This document shows positions 1 through 7,784 of a stretch of DNA of 64,000 bases, in pieces. This DNA is from an uncultured Bacillota bacterium. GTDB taxonomy: Bacteria; Bacillota_I; Bacilli_A; RFN20; CAG-288. The DNA lies in contig CASFYT010000002.1 of assembly GCA_949299015.1 (NCBI GenBank), positions 50,781 to 114,780 on the forward strand, read 5' to 3'. How positions within the stretch are numbered: the stretch's first letter is position 1; each line of letters opens with the position of its first letter. The position numbers and the translations under genes were made by a program. Below the pieces are notes generated by a model, which ran no database searches, was not told the origin of the DNA, and saw only the letters and a list, made by a program, of their open reading frames with translations.

Positions 1-1
1 G

Positions 2-160
2 CAGGTCATCAAGACCCGGATGGAGCACGAGGACTTCAACTATCGCGAGATGGCGGAATTCCTGACGAAGGAAGGCTTCCCCATCACGAAATCGGGCGTG
101 GTCCATGTCATCGCTTCCCTGCGGGAGGAGATCGCCGAGCTTCGGAAGCGGAAAGGCTGA
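2..160 (+). CDS. whiA: 3' end of DNA-binding protein WhiA (partial)
   Basis: Manual translation QVIKTRMEHEDFNYREMAEFLTKEGFPITKSGVVHVIASLREE..* resembles the WhiA C-terminal HTH (R..P..S..EL......I(S/T)KSGV.H). whiA commonly lies upstream of gap in Bacilli. Confidence 0.75.
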   Translation, partial: QVIKTRMEHEDFNYREMAEFLTKEGFPITKSGVVHVIASLREEIAELRKRKG

Positions 161-268
161 TGCGCATTTCTCGCCCGTTTCCCCGTCCGTCGAAAGTCAA
201 AAGAACGGACAAAAGCCAAAAAATCGGAGAGAAACCGCTATTTCAACAAAAAACAGAATAATATGGGT

Positions 269-296
269 TTGATTTTCAAAAATGACAGGCTATAAT
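269..296 (+). promoter_or_regulatory. sigma-A-like promoter of gap operon
   Basis: TTGATT-16 nt-TATAAT, with AGGAGG RBS at 309-314. Confidence 0.6.
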
Positions 297-321
297 ACAT
301 GCGTAACTAGGAGGACATAGA

Positions 322-1356
322 ATGTCTATTAAAGTTGCGATCAATGGATTCGGCCGTATCGGACGTCTCGCCTTCAGGAGAGCTTGGACTGATCCTGATT
401 TCGAGATCGTCGCCATCAACGATCTCTCCTCGACTGCCAACCTTGCCTACCTGCTGAAGTACGATTCCGCCCATGGAACCTTCCCCCACGAAGTCAGCCA
501 CGACGACGAGAACATCATCGTCGACGGAAAGAAGGTCCACGTCTACAAGATCAAGACCCCTTCCGATGACTGCCTCTTCCCCTGGAAGGAACTCGGCGTC
601 GACATCGTCCTGGAGTGCACGGGCCACTACCTGACCCAGGAAACCGCCCAGTGGCACATCAAGAGCGGTGCCAAGGGATTGGTTATGTCCGCTCCGGCCA
701 AGGACGCGACTCCGACCTATGCCTATGGCGTCAATACCGACAAGCTCACGGCCGAGACCAAGATCATCTCCGGTGCGTCCTGCACCACCAACTGCCTCGG
801 ACCTGTCCTGAAGGTCGTCGAGGACAAGTGGGGCATCGACTGCGGCTTCATGACCACGGTCCACGCCTACACCAACGACCAGACCAACCTCGACCTCATC
901 AAGGAAAAGGATTTCCGCAGAGGCCGTGCGGCGGCTCAGAACATCGTTCCGACCTCCACGGGCGCTGCCAAGGCCATCAACCTTGTCATTCCTTCCCTCA
1001 AGGGTAGGATGCAGGGTGGTGCCATCCGCGTCCCGGTCCTCGACGGTTCCTTGATCGACGTCACCCTGCACCTCAAGAAGGAAGTCAAGGATGCGGCGGA
1101 GATCAACGCGGCCATGAAGGAAGCCTCCGAGACCTATCTCAAGGGCGTCCTCGGCTACACCGACGATCCGATCGTCAGCCGCGACATCCTCGGCAGAACC
1201 GAAGGCGGCATCTACAACGGCGACCAGACCAAGGTCTTCAATTCGCCCGAGGGAACGCAGCTCGTCAAGGTCTTCGCCTGGTACGACAACGAATACTCCT
1301 ACACCTGCCAGTACGTCCGCCTTGCCAAGCTCTTCGCTCAGAAGCTCGCTGCCTAA
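322..1356 (+). CDS. gap: glyceraldehyde-3-phosphate dehydrogenase
   Basis: INGFGRIGR, ASCTTNCL, WYDNE motifs. Confidence 0.98.
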   Translation: MSIKVAINGFGRIGRLAFRRAWTDPDFEIVAINDLSSTANLAYLLKYDSAHGTFPHEVSHDDENIIVDGKKVHVYKIKTPSDDCLFPWKELGVDIVLECTGHYLTQETAQWHIKSGAKGLVMSAPAKDATPTYAYGVNTDKLTAETKIISGASCTTNCLGPVLKVVEDKWGIDCGFMTTVHAYTNDQTNLDLIKEKDFRRGRAAAQNIVPTSTGAAKAINLVIPSLKGRMQGGAIRVPVLDGSLIDVTLHLKKEVKDAAEINAAMKEASETYLKGVLGYTDDPIVSRDILGRTEGGIYNGDQTKVFNSPEGTQLVKVFAWYDNEYSYTCQYVRLAKLFAQKLAA

Positions 1357-1434
1357 TCCATCAGTCGCAATCTCATGGCGGTAGGGCTTGGCCCTGCCGC
1401 CATTTGTCTCGAAAGAAAAACGGAGGTTAATTTC

Positions 1435-2673
1435 ATGAAGAAGCTTGTTTCCGATTTGAACGTCCAGGGCAAGCGCGTCCTTGTCCGCGTCGACTTCAAC
1501 GTCCCCCACAAGGGAGAGACGGTCACCGACGACAACCGCGTCCGTGCCGCCATCCCGACCATCGCCGACCTGCTTCGCAAGGGAGCGAAGGTCATCCTGA
1601 TGTCCCACCTTGGCAAGATCAAGTGGGGCAAGGTCGACGATGCCGAGATCGAGAACGAAAAGAAGAAGAACGACCTGAAGATCGTCCTTCCGGCCCTCAA
1701 GGCCCATCTTGCCGAAGCCCTCGGCAAGGAAGTGAAGGTCACCTTCTCCGAGGACACGAGGGGAGAGGGACTCAAGGCGGCGGTCGCCGGACTGGCGGAC
1801 GGAGAGGTCCTGCTCGTCCAGAACACCCGTTATGAGAAGGGCGAGACGAAGAACAACGAAGAGCTCTCCACGGAATGGGCTTCCCTGGCGGATGCCTACG
1901 TCATGGATGCCTTCGGTTCCGCTCACCGCGCGCACTCCTCCACGGTCGGCGTTCCGACGATCCTCGCCAAGGAAGGCAAGGAGACGGCGGTCGGCTACCT
2001 CGTCGAGAAGGAGATCAAGAACCTCGGACGTTGCGTCGAGTGCCCCGAGGACGGCCGTCCCTACGTCGCCATCCTGGGCGGATCGAAGGTTTCCGACAAG
2101 ATCCAGGTCATCGATTCCCTGCTGAAGAAGGTCGACAAGATCCTCATCGGCGGCGGCATGGCCTACACCTTCCTGGCGGCCCAGGGCCACAAGATCGGCA
2201 CCTCCCTCTTTGAGGCGGATCAGGTCGACTATGCCAAGAAGTGCCTTGCGACGGGCAAGGTCCTCGTCCCGGTCGACAACGTCGTCGCCAACAGCTTCGA
2301 CAACCCGACCGAGATCCAGAACGTCGGCGACGAGATCCCCGATGGATTCATGGGCCTCGACATCGGCCCCAAGACGGCCAAGCTCTTCGGCGACGAGATC
2401 CTCGCGGCCAAGACCATCTTCTGGAACGGCCCGATGGGTGTCTTCGAGAACGAGAAGTTCGCTGAGGGAACCAAGGCGGTCTGCGCCGCTTGCGCGGAAG
2501 CGACCAAGAAGGGCGCCTTCTCGGCGATCGGCGGCGGCGACTCGGCCTCGGCGGCCAAGCAGTTCGGCTATGCCAAGGACTTCAGCCACGTTTCCACCGG
2601 CGGCGGTGCCTCCCTTGAACTGATCCAGTTCGACGGCCATCTGCCGGGCATCGACGACATCGAAGAAAAATAA
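1435..2673 (+). CDS. pgk: phosphoglycerate kinase
   Basis: RVDFNVP, SHLG, WNGPMG, GGGDS, STGGGASLE motifs; start after GGAGG RBS. Confidence 0.98.
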   Translation: MKKLVSDLNVQGKRVLVRVDFNVPHKGETVTDDNRVRAAIPTIADLLRKGAKVILMSHLGKIKWGKVDDAEIENEKKKNDLKIVLPALKAHLAEALGKEVKVTFSEDTRGEGLKAAVAGLADGEVLLVQNTRYEKGETKNNEELSTEWASLADAYVMDAFGSAHRAHSSTVGVPTILAKEGKETAVGYLVEKEIKNLGRCVECPEDGRPYVAILGGSKVSDKIQVIDSLLKKVDKILIGGGMAYTFLAAQGHKIGTSLFEADQVDYAKKCLATGKVLVPVDNVVANSFDNPTEIQNVGDEIPDGFMGLDIGPKTAKLFGDEILAAKTIFWNGPMGVFENEKFAEGTKAVCAACAEATKKGAFSAIGGGDSASAAKQFGYAKDFSHVSTGGGASLELIQFDGHLPGIDDIEEK

Positions 2674-2676
2674 GCC

Positions 2677-3441
2677 ATGACCCGCAAAATCTTGTTGATG
2701 GGCAACTGGAAGATGAACCACACCATCGAAGAAGCCATCGACTTCTGCGAAAAGGTGAAGGAGGAAGGACTCGTCCGGACCGGAAAGAGCCGCGGCGTCC
2801 TCCTCGGCGTTGCCCCGAGCTTCCTCTCCCTCCAACAGGTCAAGAGACATTCCCACGGCCTCATCGTCGCGGCGCAGGACTGCCACTACGAGGACCATGG
2901 CGCCTATACGTCCAGCGTCTCGATTCCGATGCTGGAAGAAGTCGGCGTCAACTGGTCCATCATCGGCCACTCCGAGCGTCGGACCTACGACAACGAGACG
3001 TCCTTCGTCTGCAACCGGAAGATCAAGGCCTTGGTGGAGCACAACTTCCACGTCGTCTACTGCGTCGGCGAGACCCTCAAGGAATACGAGGCCGGCCTGA
3101 CCAAGGACATCGTCAAGGAGCAGATCCTTACGGGATTGATGAACGTGACCAAGGACACCATCTCCAAGGTCGTCATCGCCTATGAACCGGTCTGGTCCAT
3201 CGGCACCGGCAAGAACGCCTCGGTGGAGATCGCCGAGGACATCTGCCGCTACATCCGCTCCCTGATCGAAGGAATGTTCGGCAAGGTGGCGGCCGGCAAG
3301 ATCCTCATCCTCTACGGAGGATCGGTCAAGCCCAACAACATCCGGGAATACATCTCCCAGGAAGACGTCGACGGCGCGCTCGTCGGCGGAGCCTCCCTTA
3401 AGAGCGATTCCTTCAAGGAACTCCTTGTCAACTGCCTCTGA
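2677..3441 (+). CDS. tpiA: triosephosphate isomerase
   Basis: GNWKMN, GHSERR, AYEPVWSIGTG, YGGSV, LVGGASL motifs. Confidence 0.98.
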   Translation: MTRKILLMGNWKMNHTIEEAIDFCEKVKEEGLVRTGKSRGVLLGVAPSFLSLQQVKRHSHGLIVAAQDCHYEDHGAYTSSVSIPMLEEVGVNWSIIGHSERRTYDNETSFVCNRKIKALVEHNFHVVYCVGETLKEYEAGLTKDIVKEQILTGLMNVTKDTISKVVIAYEPVWSIGTGKNASVEIAEDICRYIRSLIEGMFGKVAAGKILILYGGSVKPNNIREYISQEDVDGALVGGASLKSDSFKELLVNCL

Positions 3442-3447
3442 TCGATG

Positions 3448-3475
3448 ACTGCGGCCTTCGGGCCGCAGTTTTTTT
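3448..3475 (+). terminator. intrinsic terminator after tpiA
   Basis: ACTGCGGCC-TTCG-GGCCGCAGT followed by T run. Confidence 0.9.
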
Positions 3476-3608
3476 CTTTCGGACGATCTTCCGGACGTCT
3501 CCTCCAAAGGAAGCATGAGACGGAAGATTCAACCGAGGAGAGAGCCCTTTCTGAACAAAAATCCCTGCCGAGAATCGACTCGGCAGGGAGCAACTTCGAT
3601 GAAGAGAA

Positions 3609-6600
3609 CTATTTTGTCAATTCTGTTTCGCCATAGGACGAGTCCATGTAGAGTTCATAGGCGCCTTCGTCTTCGAAGACGACCCCGATGCGATCGGCAG
3701 AGTAGTAATAGACGTTGAGCGGATAACCGTACTCATCGTCTTCGAAGTAATAGTAGGAGCCCTCCGCATGGGTGAAGGTGAAGTGAATGGTCACCTCCGT
3801 GCCCGACAAGTCGATAGTGGACAGCACGGCAGTGCCATCGGCATTGATCGTGAGCTCCGTAGGAGATCCCGTGATTCCGTTCTCGCCGCTGAACGTTCCC
3901 GTGTATTCGTAGGGAATCACGTTCGTGCCCTGCGTGATGTTCAGGACGATCGTGGCAGAGACGCCGCTGCCATCGGTTGCCGTCGCCGTGATGGTGACTT
4001 CTCCAGCGCCGACTGCCGTGACCAAGCCGCCGGAGCTAACCCATGCGATATCCTCGTCGGAGGACTGGAAGGTGACGTTCTTGAAGGTGGCGTCCTCAGG
4101 CTCGTAGGCGACCTCCAGCTGGACCGTTTCGCCGACGAAGAGGTCTGTCTTCTCGGCAGTCAGGGTGATCTTCTCGACCTTCGTCGGTTCGTTCACGACG
4201 ATCGTGACCTGGCCAACGATGCCATCTTCGTTTTCGGCCTTGATGACGGCAGTACCGGATTGAAGCGTCGTAAACGTTCCATATTCCGTATCGAGATCGA
4301 TGATGTCTGTATTTTCCGTTGAGTAGATTAAGGATGTGGCGGTCGCATCGCTCGGAACGAAGGTGGCACGGACGTAGCCCATGTCTCCGACGATGTATTC
4401 CTCCTTGTCGGCTTCCAGGACGATGCCGGTCGCGGGGATGTAGCGGGAAAGTCCGTCATGCGTTCCGTATTCGTTGATGGTGTAGGAGCCGAAGACGGCA
4501 GTGACTTCCAGGATGTCGTCGCTTTGATAGGAAAGGTCGCAGGCGGCGTTGTTTCCTTCTCCGTCTCCGAAGAGAGCGTTGCCGTCCTCGTCGTTGTCGA
4601 GGTAGTGGAGCGTGAAGATCTCCTCCGCCACGGTGATGGTGAGCGTGCCGTCCGCCTGGATGGTGAACGTGACTTCATCCAAGGAGGCATCGGGATAGCC
4701 GGTATAGGTTCCGACGAGGGCCGGATCCATGACGGCCTTGGGCTGGATCTCGATGGTGATCGTGTTGGAGACGACCGTTCCCGTGACGTCGGTCGCGTGG
4801 ATGTCGACGACGCCTTCCGCAAGGGCCGTCACCGTCCCTTCTCCGTCGACCGTCGCGACGGTCGGGTCGGAGGAGACGTAGGTCAGGGTCTTGTCGGTGG
4901 CGTTGGAGGGGGCGATTTCGGCGAAGAGCCTTCCCGTTTCACCGACGCGGAGGATTTCCGGTCCGGAAAGGACGATGCTCTCGACGGGGACTTCCGTGAC
5001 CTCTTCGTGGTCGTGGCAGTTCTCGTCCTTCATGAAGGCGATGCTGTCGAAGGCGAAGCTGAAGGCCTTGCCGATGAAGTTGCTGCTGATGGCGATGCGG
5101 ACCTTGCTGGCGGGCGCGAAGGACTTTTCCAGGAGCTTCTTGTTGTCGGCGGAGATGTTCGCCTTGACCTCCTCGGTGATGTCCAGGCTCTCCCAGCTCG
5201 TCCCGTCGTTCGAGGTCTCGATGGCGATCTTGGTGACGTAGTCGATGCCTTCGAAGCCGCTGGAGTAGTACATCGCATAGTAGAAGGACAGGGAGGAGAC
5301 CTGCTGGTCGTCGAAGTCGAACTGGACGTAGCTGTCTCCCGTCTCAAGGCCTTGCTCGTTGGGGTTTAGGACGATGGCGGCATTGTCGCCGAAGACGTCG
5401 GAATAGCCTTGGCGCAGGGTCGCCTTGTTCGAGGTCGCCTCGAAGGGAAGGGCGTTGTCGACCTGGTTGGTCAGGCTGACGTTTCCCGTCTCTTCGTTGA
5501 TGTGGTCGAACGTGAAGTGATAGATGGCGTCGTCGATGTCCTGTTCGGCAAGAGGCTTGACCTTGATGGTGATGGCGTTGGAACGGACGCCGGTATCTTC
5601 TCCGTCCGGGCCTTCCGCGACGGCGTAGATCGTCGTTTCTCCGGCCTTCAGACCCGTCACCTCGACGACGTTGGGCGTGAAGGAATAGTCGACGCGGCAG
5701 ATGGTCGGATCTTCCACGTGCCAGGTCAGGGTGTTTCTGTCCGCGGTCTCCGGAAGTTTCTGATAGGCGATCTGGACGGTCTCCTCGATGTCGATAAGGA
5801 CCTTGTCACCTTCCGTCTCGTATTCTCCCGTCGGAGAGAGGTTCACCTCTTCCAGGTACGTATGCTCGACGGGACCGTCATAGCCCTTGTATTCCCAGTA
5901 CTCCATGACGTTGTCTTCGTTGGGAGGCGTCGGCAGCATCTCGTCGGGGAAGGTCGTCTCCTGGAAGGCGCCCAGTCGAATCTGGACGTACTCGTCGTCG
6001 TTGTCCTCTTCTTCCAGGCCCAGAATCCGGGTGATGTATCCCGTCTCCTGGTCGACGTCGATGGCGACGTACTGGACGTCGTTGTACCAGGCGAATTCGA
6101 AGACGGTGTCGTTCAGGTGCGCGACAATGGTCGGATCGGAGATGATGTAGGAGCCGGCGACGTAGGTGGCGTCGGCCGGATCGATCTCGGAGAAGACGCG
6201 CGCCAGGTTGAAGTAGGCGTTCCCCAGCGAGAGGTCCGCGTCCTCGTATCCCTTGTTGAGCCAGGCTTCGACGGGATTCGGGTTCTCGGGATCGGGAGCG
6301 AAGTACATGTAGTTGAGGCCTTCGTAGTCGTGGTAGAAGAGATAGGGGTCGGCTCCCATCTCGGCGGCCAAGGCGTCATAGACGATGGTATAGCCGTTGT
6401 AGACGTAGAGCGTGTTCACTTCCTCCGAATTCCCGCCGTCGTAGACCTGTTCCGTCTCGATGGTCAGGTTGCTGTAGTCCATCTGGAAGGCGTCTTCCAA
6501 GGTCTTCCGTTCCGGCTCCGGATCGGGTGTGGACGAGCTCGACGAGGAAGAAGAACTGGAACTCGAGGACGAGGAACTGGAGCTGTTCGAGGGCGGAAGG

Positions 6601-6707
6601 GTGGTCGAGCCCGTCGAGGAAGTCGACGAGCTTGTCGTGGTATCGCAGGCGACGAGCGCAGCGACGATGGCAACAAGGGAGAGCGGAAGGAGGATTTTCT
6701 TTTTCAT
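3609..6707 (-). CDS. large surface lipoprotein with several Ig-like (Big_2) domains
   Basis: MKKKILL..LVAC lipobox, poly-Ser/Thr linker, repeated Big_2-like motifs (P.NATDK.LT..SSD..VATV...G.VTA...G...I.AT); start chosen by AGAAAGGA RBS. Confidence 0.85.
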   Translation of the reverse strand: MKKKILLPLSLVAIVAALVACDTTTSSSTSSTGSTTLPPSNSSSSSSSSSSSSSSSSSSTPDPEPERKTLEDAFQMDYSNLTIETEQVYDGGNSEEVNTLYVYNGYTIVYDALAAEMGADPYLFYHDYEGLNYMYFAPDPENPNPVEAWLNKGYEDADLSLGNAYFNLARVFSEIDPADATYVAGSYIISDPTIVAHLNDTVFEFAWYNDVQYVAIDVDQETGYITRILGLEEEDNDDEYVQIRLGAFQETTFPDEMLPTPPNEDNVMEYWEYKGYDGPVEHTYLEEVNLSPTGEYETEGDKVLIDIEETVQIAYQKLPETADRNTLTWHVEDPTICRVDYSFTPNVVEVTGLKAGETTIYAVAEGPDGEDTGVRSNAITIKVKPLAEQDIDDAIYHFTFDHINEETGNVSLTNQVDNALPFEATSNKATLRQGYSDVFGDNAAIVLNPNEQGLETGDSYVQFDFDDQQVSSLSFYYAMYYSSGFEGIDYVTKIAIETSNDGTSWESLDITEEVKANISADNKKLLEKSFAPASKVRIAISSNFIGKAFSFAFDSIAFMKDENCHDHEEVTEVPVESIVLSGPEILRVGETGRLFAEIAPSNATDKTLTYVSSDPTVATVDGEGTVTALAEGVVDIHATDVTGTVVSNTITIEIQPKAVMDPALVGTYTGYPDASLDEVTFTIQADGTLTITVAEEIFTLHYLDNDEDGNALFGDGEGNNAACDLSYQSDDILEVTAVFGSYTINEYGTHDGLSRYIPATGIVLEADKEEYIVGDMGYVRATFVPSDATATSLIYSTENTDIIDLDTEYGTFTTLQSGTAVIKAENEDGIVGQVTIVVNEPTKVEKITLTAEKTDLFVGETVQLEVAYEPEDATFKNVTFQSSDEDIAWVSSGGLVTAVGAGEVTITATATDGSGVSATIVLNITQGTNVIPYEYTGTFSGENGITGSPTELTINADGTAVLSTIDLSGTEVTIHFTFTHAEGSYYYFEDDEYGYPLNVYYYSADRIGVVFEDEGAYELYMDSSYGETELTK

Positions 6708-6722
6708 GGTATTCATTCCTTT

Positions 6723-7520
6723 CTATGGCTGTATCGGATAGGCCTGGAGGTAGAAATAGTCGTTCTCGGTGTCGAAGGTGTAGACGATCTCGACGTCGTC
6801 CTTGTCTGCGACGTAATAGTAGTAGACTTGCTCGACATAATAGTCCTTGGCCAGGAGCGTCTCGGTGTACGTCGAGACGACGCTGCTGTTCACGCCGTAG
6901 CAGGCGATGAGGATGGCCGAGGTCTCGGTCGTCAATGCCTGAATCTGGTATTGGAAGTAGGGAGCGTCGACAGGAGGGATGTCCTTTCCCAGGACGGATC
7001 GGACGGCTTCGCCGGGCCAGCTTGTCAGCTTGTCCTGGTAGAGATAGGTGTAGAGGACGAAGTCTTGATCCTCGACTCCGGCCTGAACGACCAGGATCTG
7101 ATAGTCGGAGACTCTCTTCTGGGCGATCTTGATGCCTCCGTCGTCGACGAGGGCGAAGTCCTGGAGGCGAAGGACGACGGCGTAGTCACGAAGGACATCC
7201 TCGGGATCCCTTCCCTCGAGATACGGTACGATTCTCAGGGTCGGGAAGCCTTGCTGCTCGAAGACGTCCAGCTGGTAGGAGGGAGCGTCGTAGCGGGGGA
7301 AGAGGGAGGCGTACTCTCCCAGGACCTCCTTCAGTCCCTCCTCGAGGGGATCTCCTTCGTCAAGGCTGGACGAGGTCGGAGACGACGGGATCGTCGTGGG
7401 CGAGGTCGAAGAGGTTTCGAGAGAGGAGGAAGGGGGACTGGTCGACGAGGAAGGGGCGGTGCAACGGCTGAAGAGAGGGAGGACGAAAAACAAGAAAAAA
7501 GGCCAATTTCTCTTTGGCAT
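6723..7520 (-). CDS. lipoprotein of unknown function with internal duplication
   Basis: Signal peptide MPKRNWPFFLFFVLPLFSRC, Ser/Thr/Pro linker, two similar units (LFPRYDAPSYQ / IPPVDAPYFQ). Confidence 0.7.
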   Translation of the reverse strand: MPKRNWPFFLFFVLPLFSRCTAPSSSTSPPSSSLETSSTSPTTIPSSPTSSSLDEGDPLEEGLKEVLGEYASLFPRYDAPSYQLDVFEQQGFPTLRIVPYLEGRDPEDVLRDYAVVLRLQDFALVDDGGIKIAQKRVSDYQILVVQAGVEDQDFVLYTYLYQDKLTSWPGEAVRSVLGKDIPPVDAPYFQYQIQALTTETSAILIACYGVNSSVVSTYTETLLAKDYYVEQVYYYYVADKDDVEIVYTFDTENDYFYLQAYPIQP

Positions 7521-7632
7521 AGCGGTGCTCGACTTTCTAGGAAGAGGACTTCCTTGGATGACTGGCCCTATCATTGCAGAAAGCACGGAAAAAGGCAAGG
7601 GCAGGAAGAAGGAAAACGAGGGACAGATATAC

Positions 7633-7646
7633 TGCAAGCGCTTACA
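7633..7646. promoter_or_regulatory. cre/LacI-type operator
   Basis: TGCAAGCGCTTACA, near-palindrome with central CG, upstream of the lipoprotein pair. Confidence 0.65.
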
Positions 7647-7710
7647 TAATGAAGGAGAAAACCATTTTCCGATTTTTTAGGAAGAGAAAACGAACTCATG
7701 GAACAAGTTG

Positions 7711-7724
7711 AGGAAGCGCTTGCA
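7711..7724. promoter_or_regulatory. second cre/LacI-type operator
   Basis: AGGAAGCGCTTGCA, 78 bp from the first site. Confidence 0.5.
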
Positions 7725-7784
7725 ACGCCGATTTCAATGCGATTTTCGATTCTTTCCGAAAGAACAGAGAAGAGGGGGACTGTC

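Noticed and set aside
6520..6640. Ser-codon repeats as a CRISPR array or VNTR
   Set aside because: Imperfect in-frame low-complexity linker with no repeat-spacer structure.
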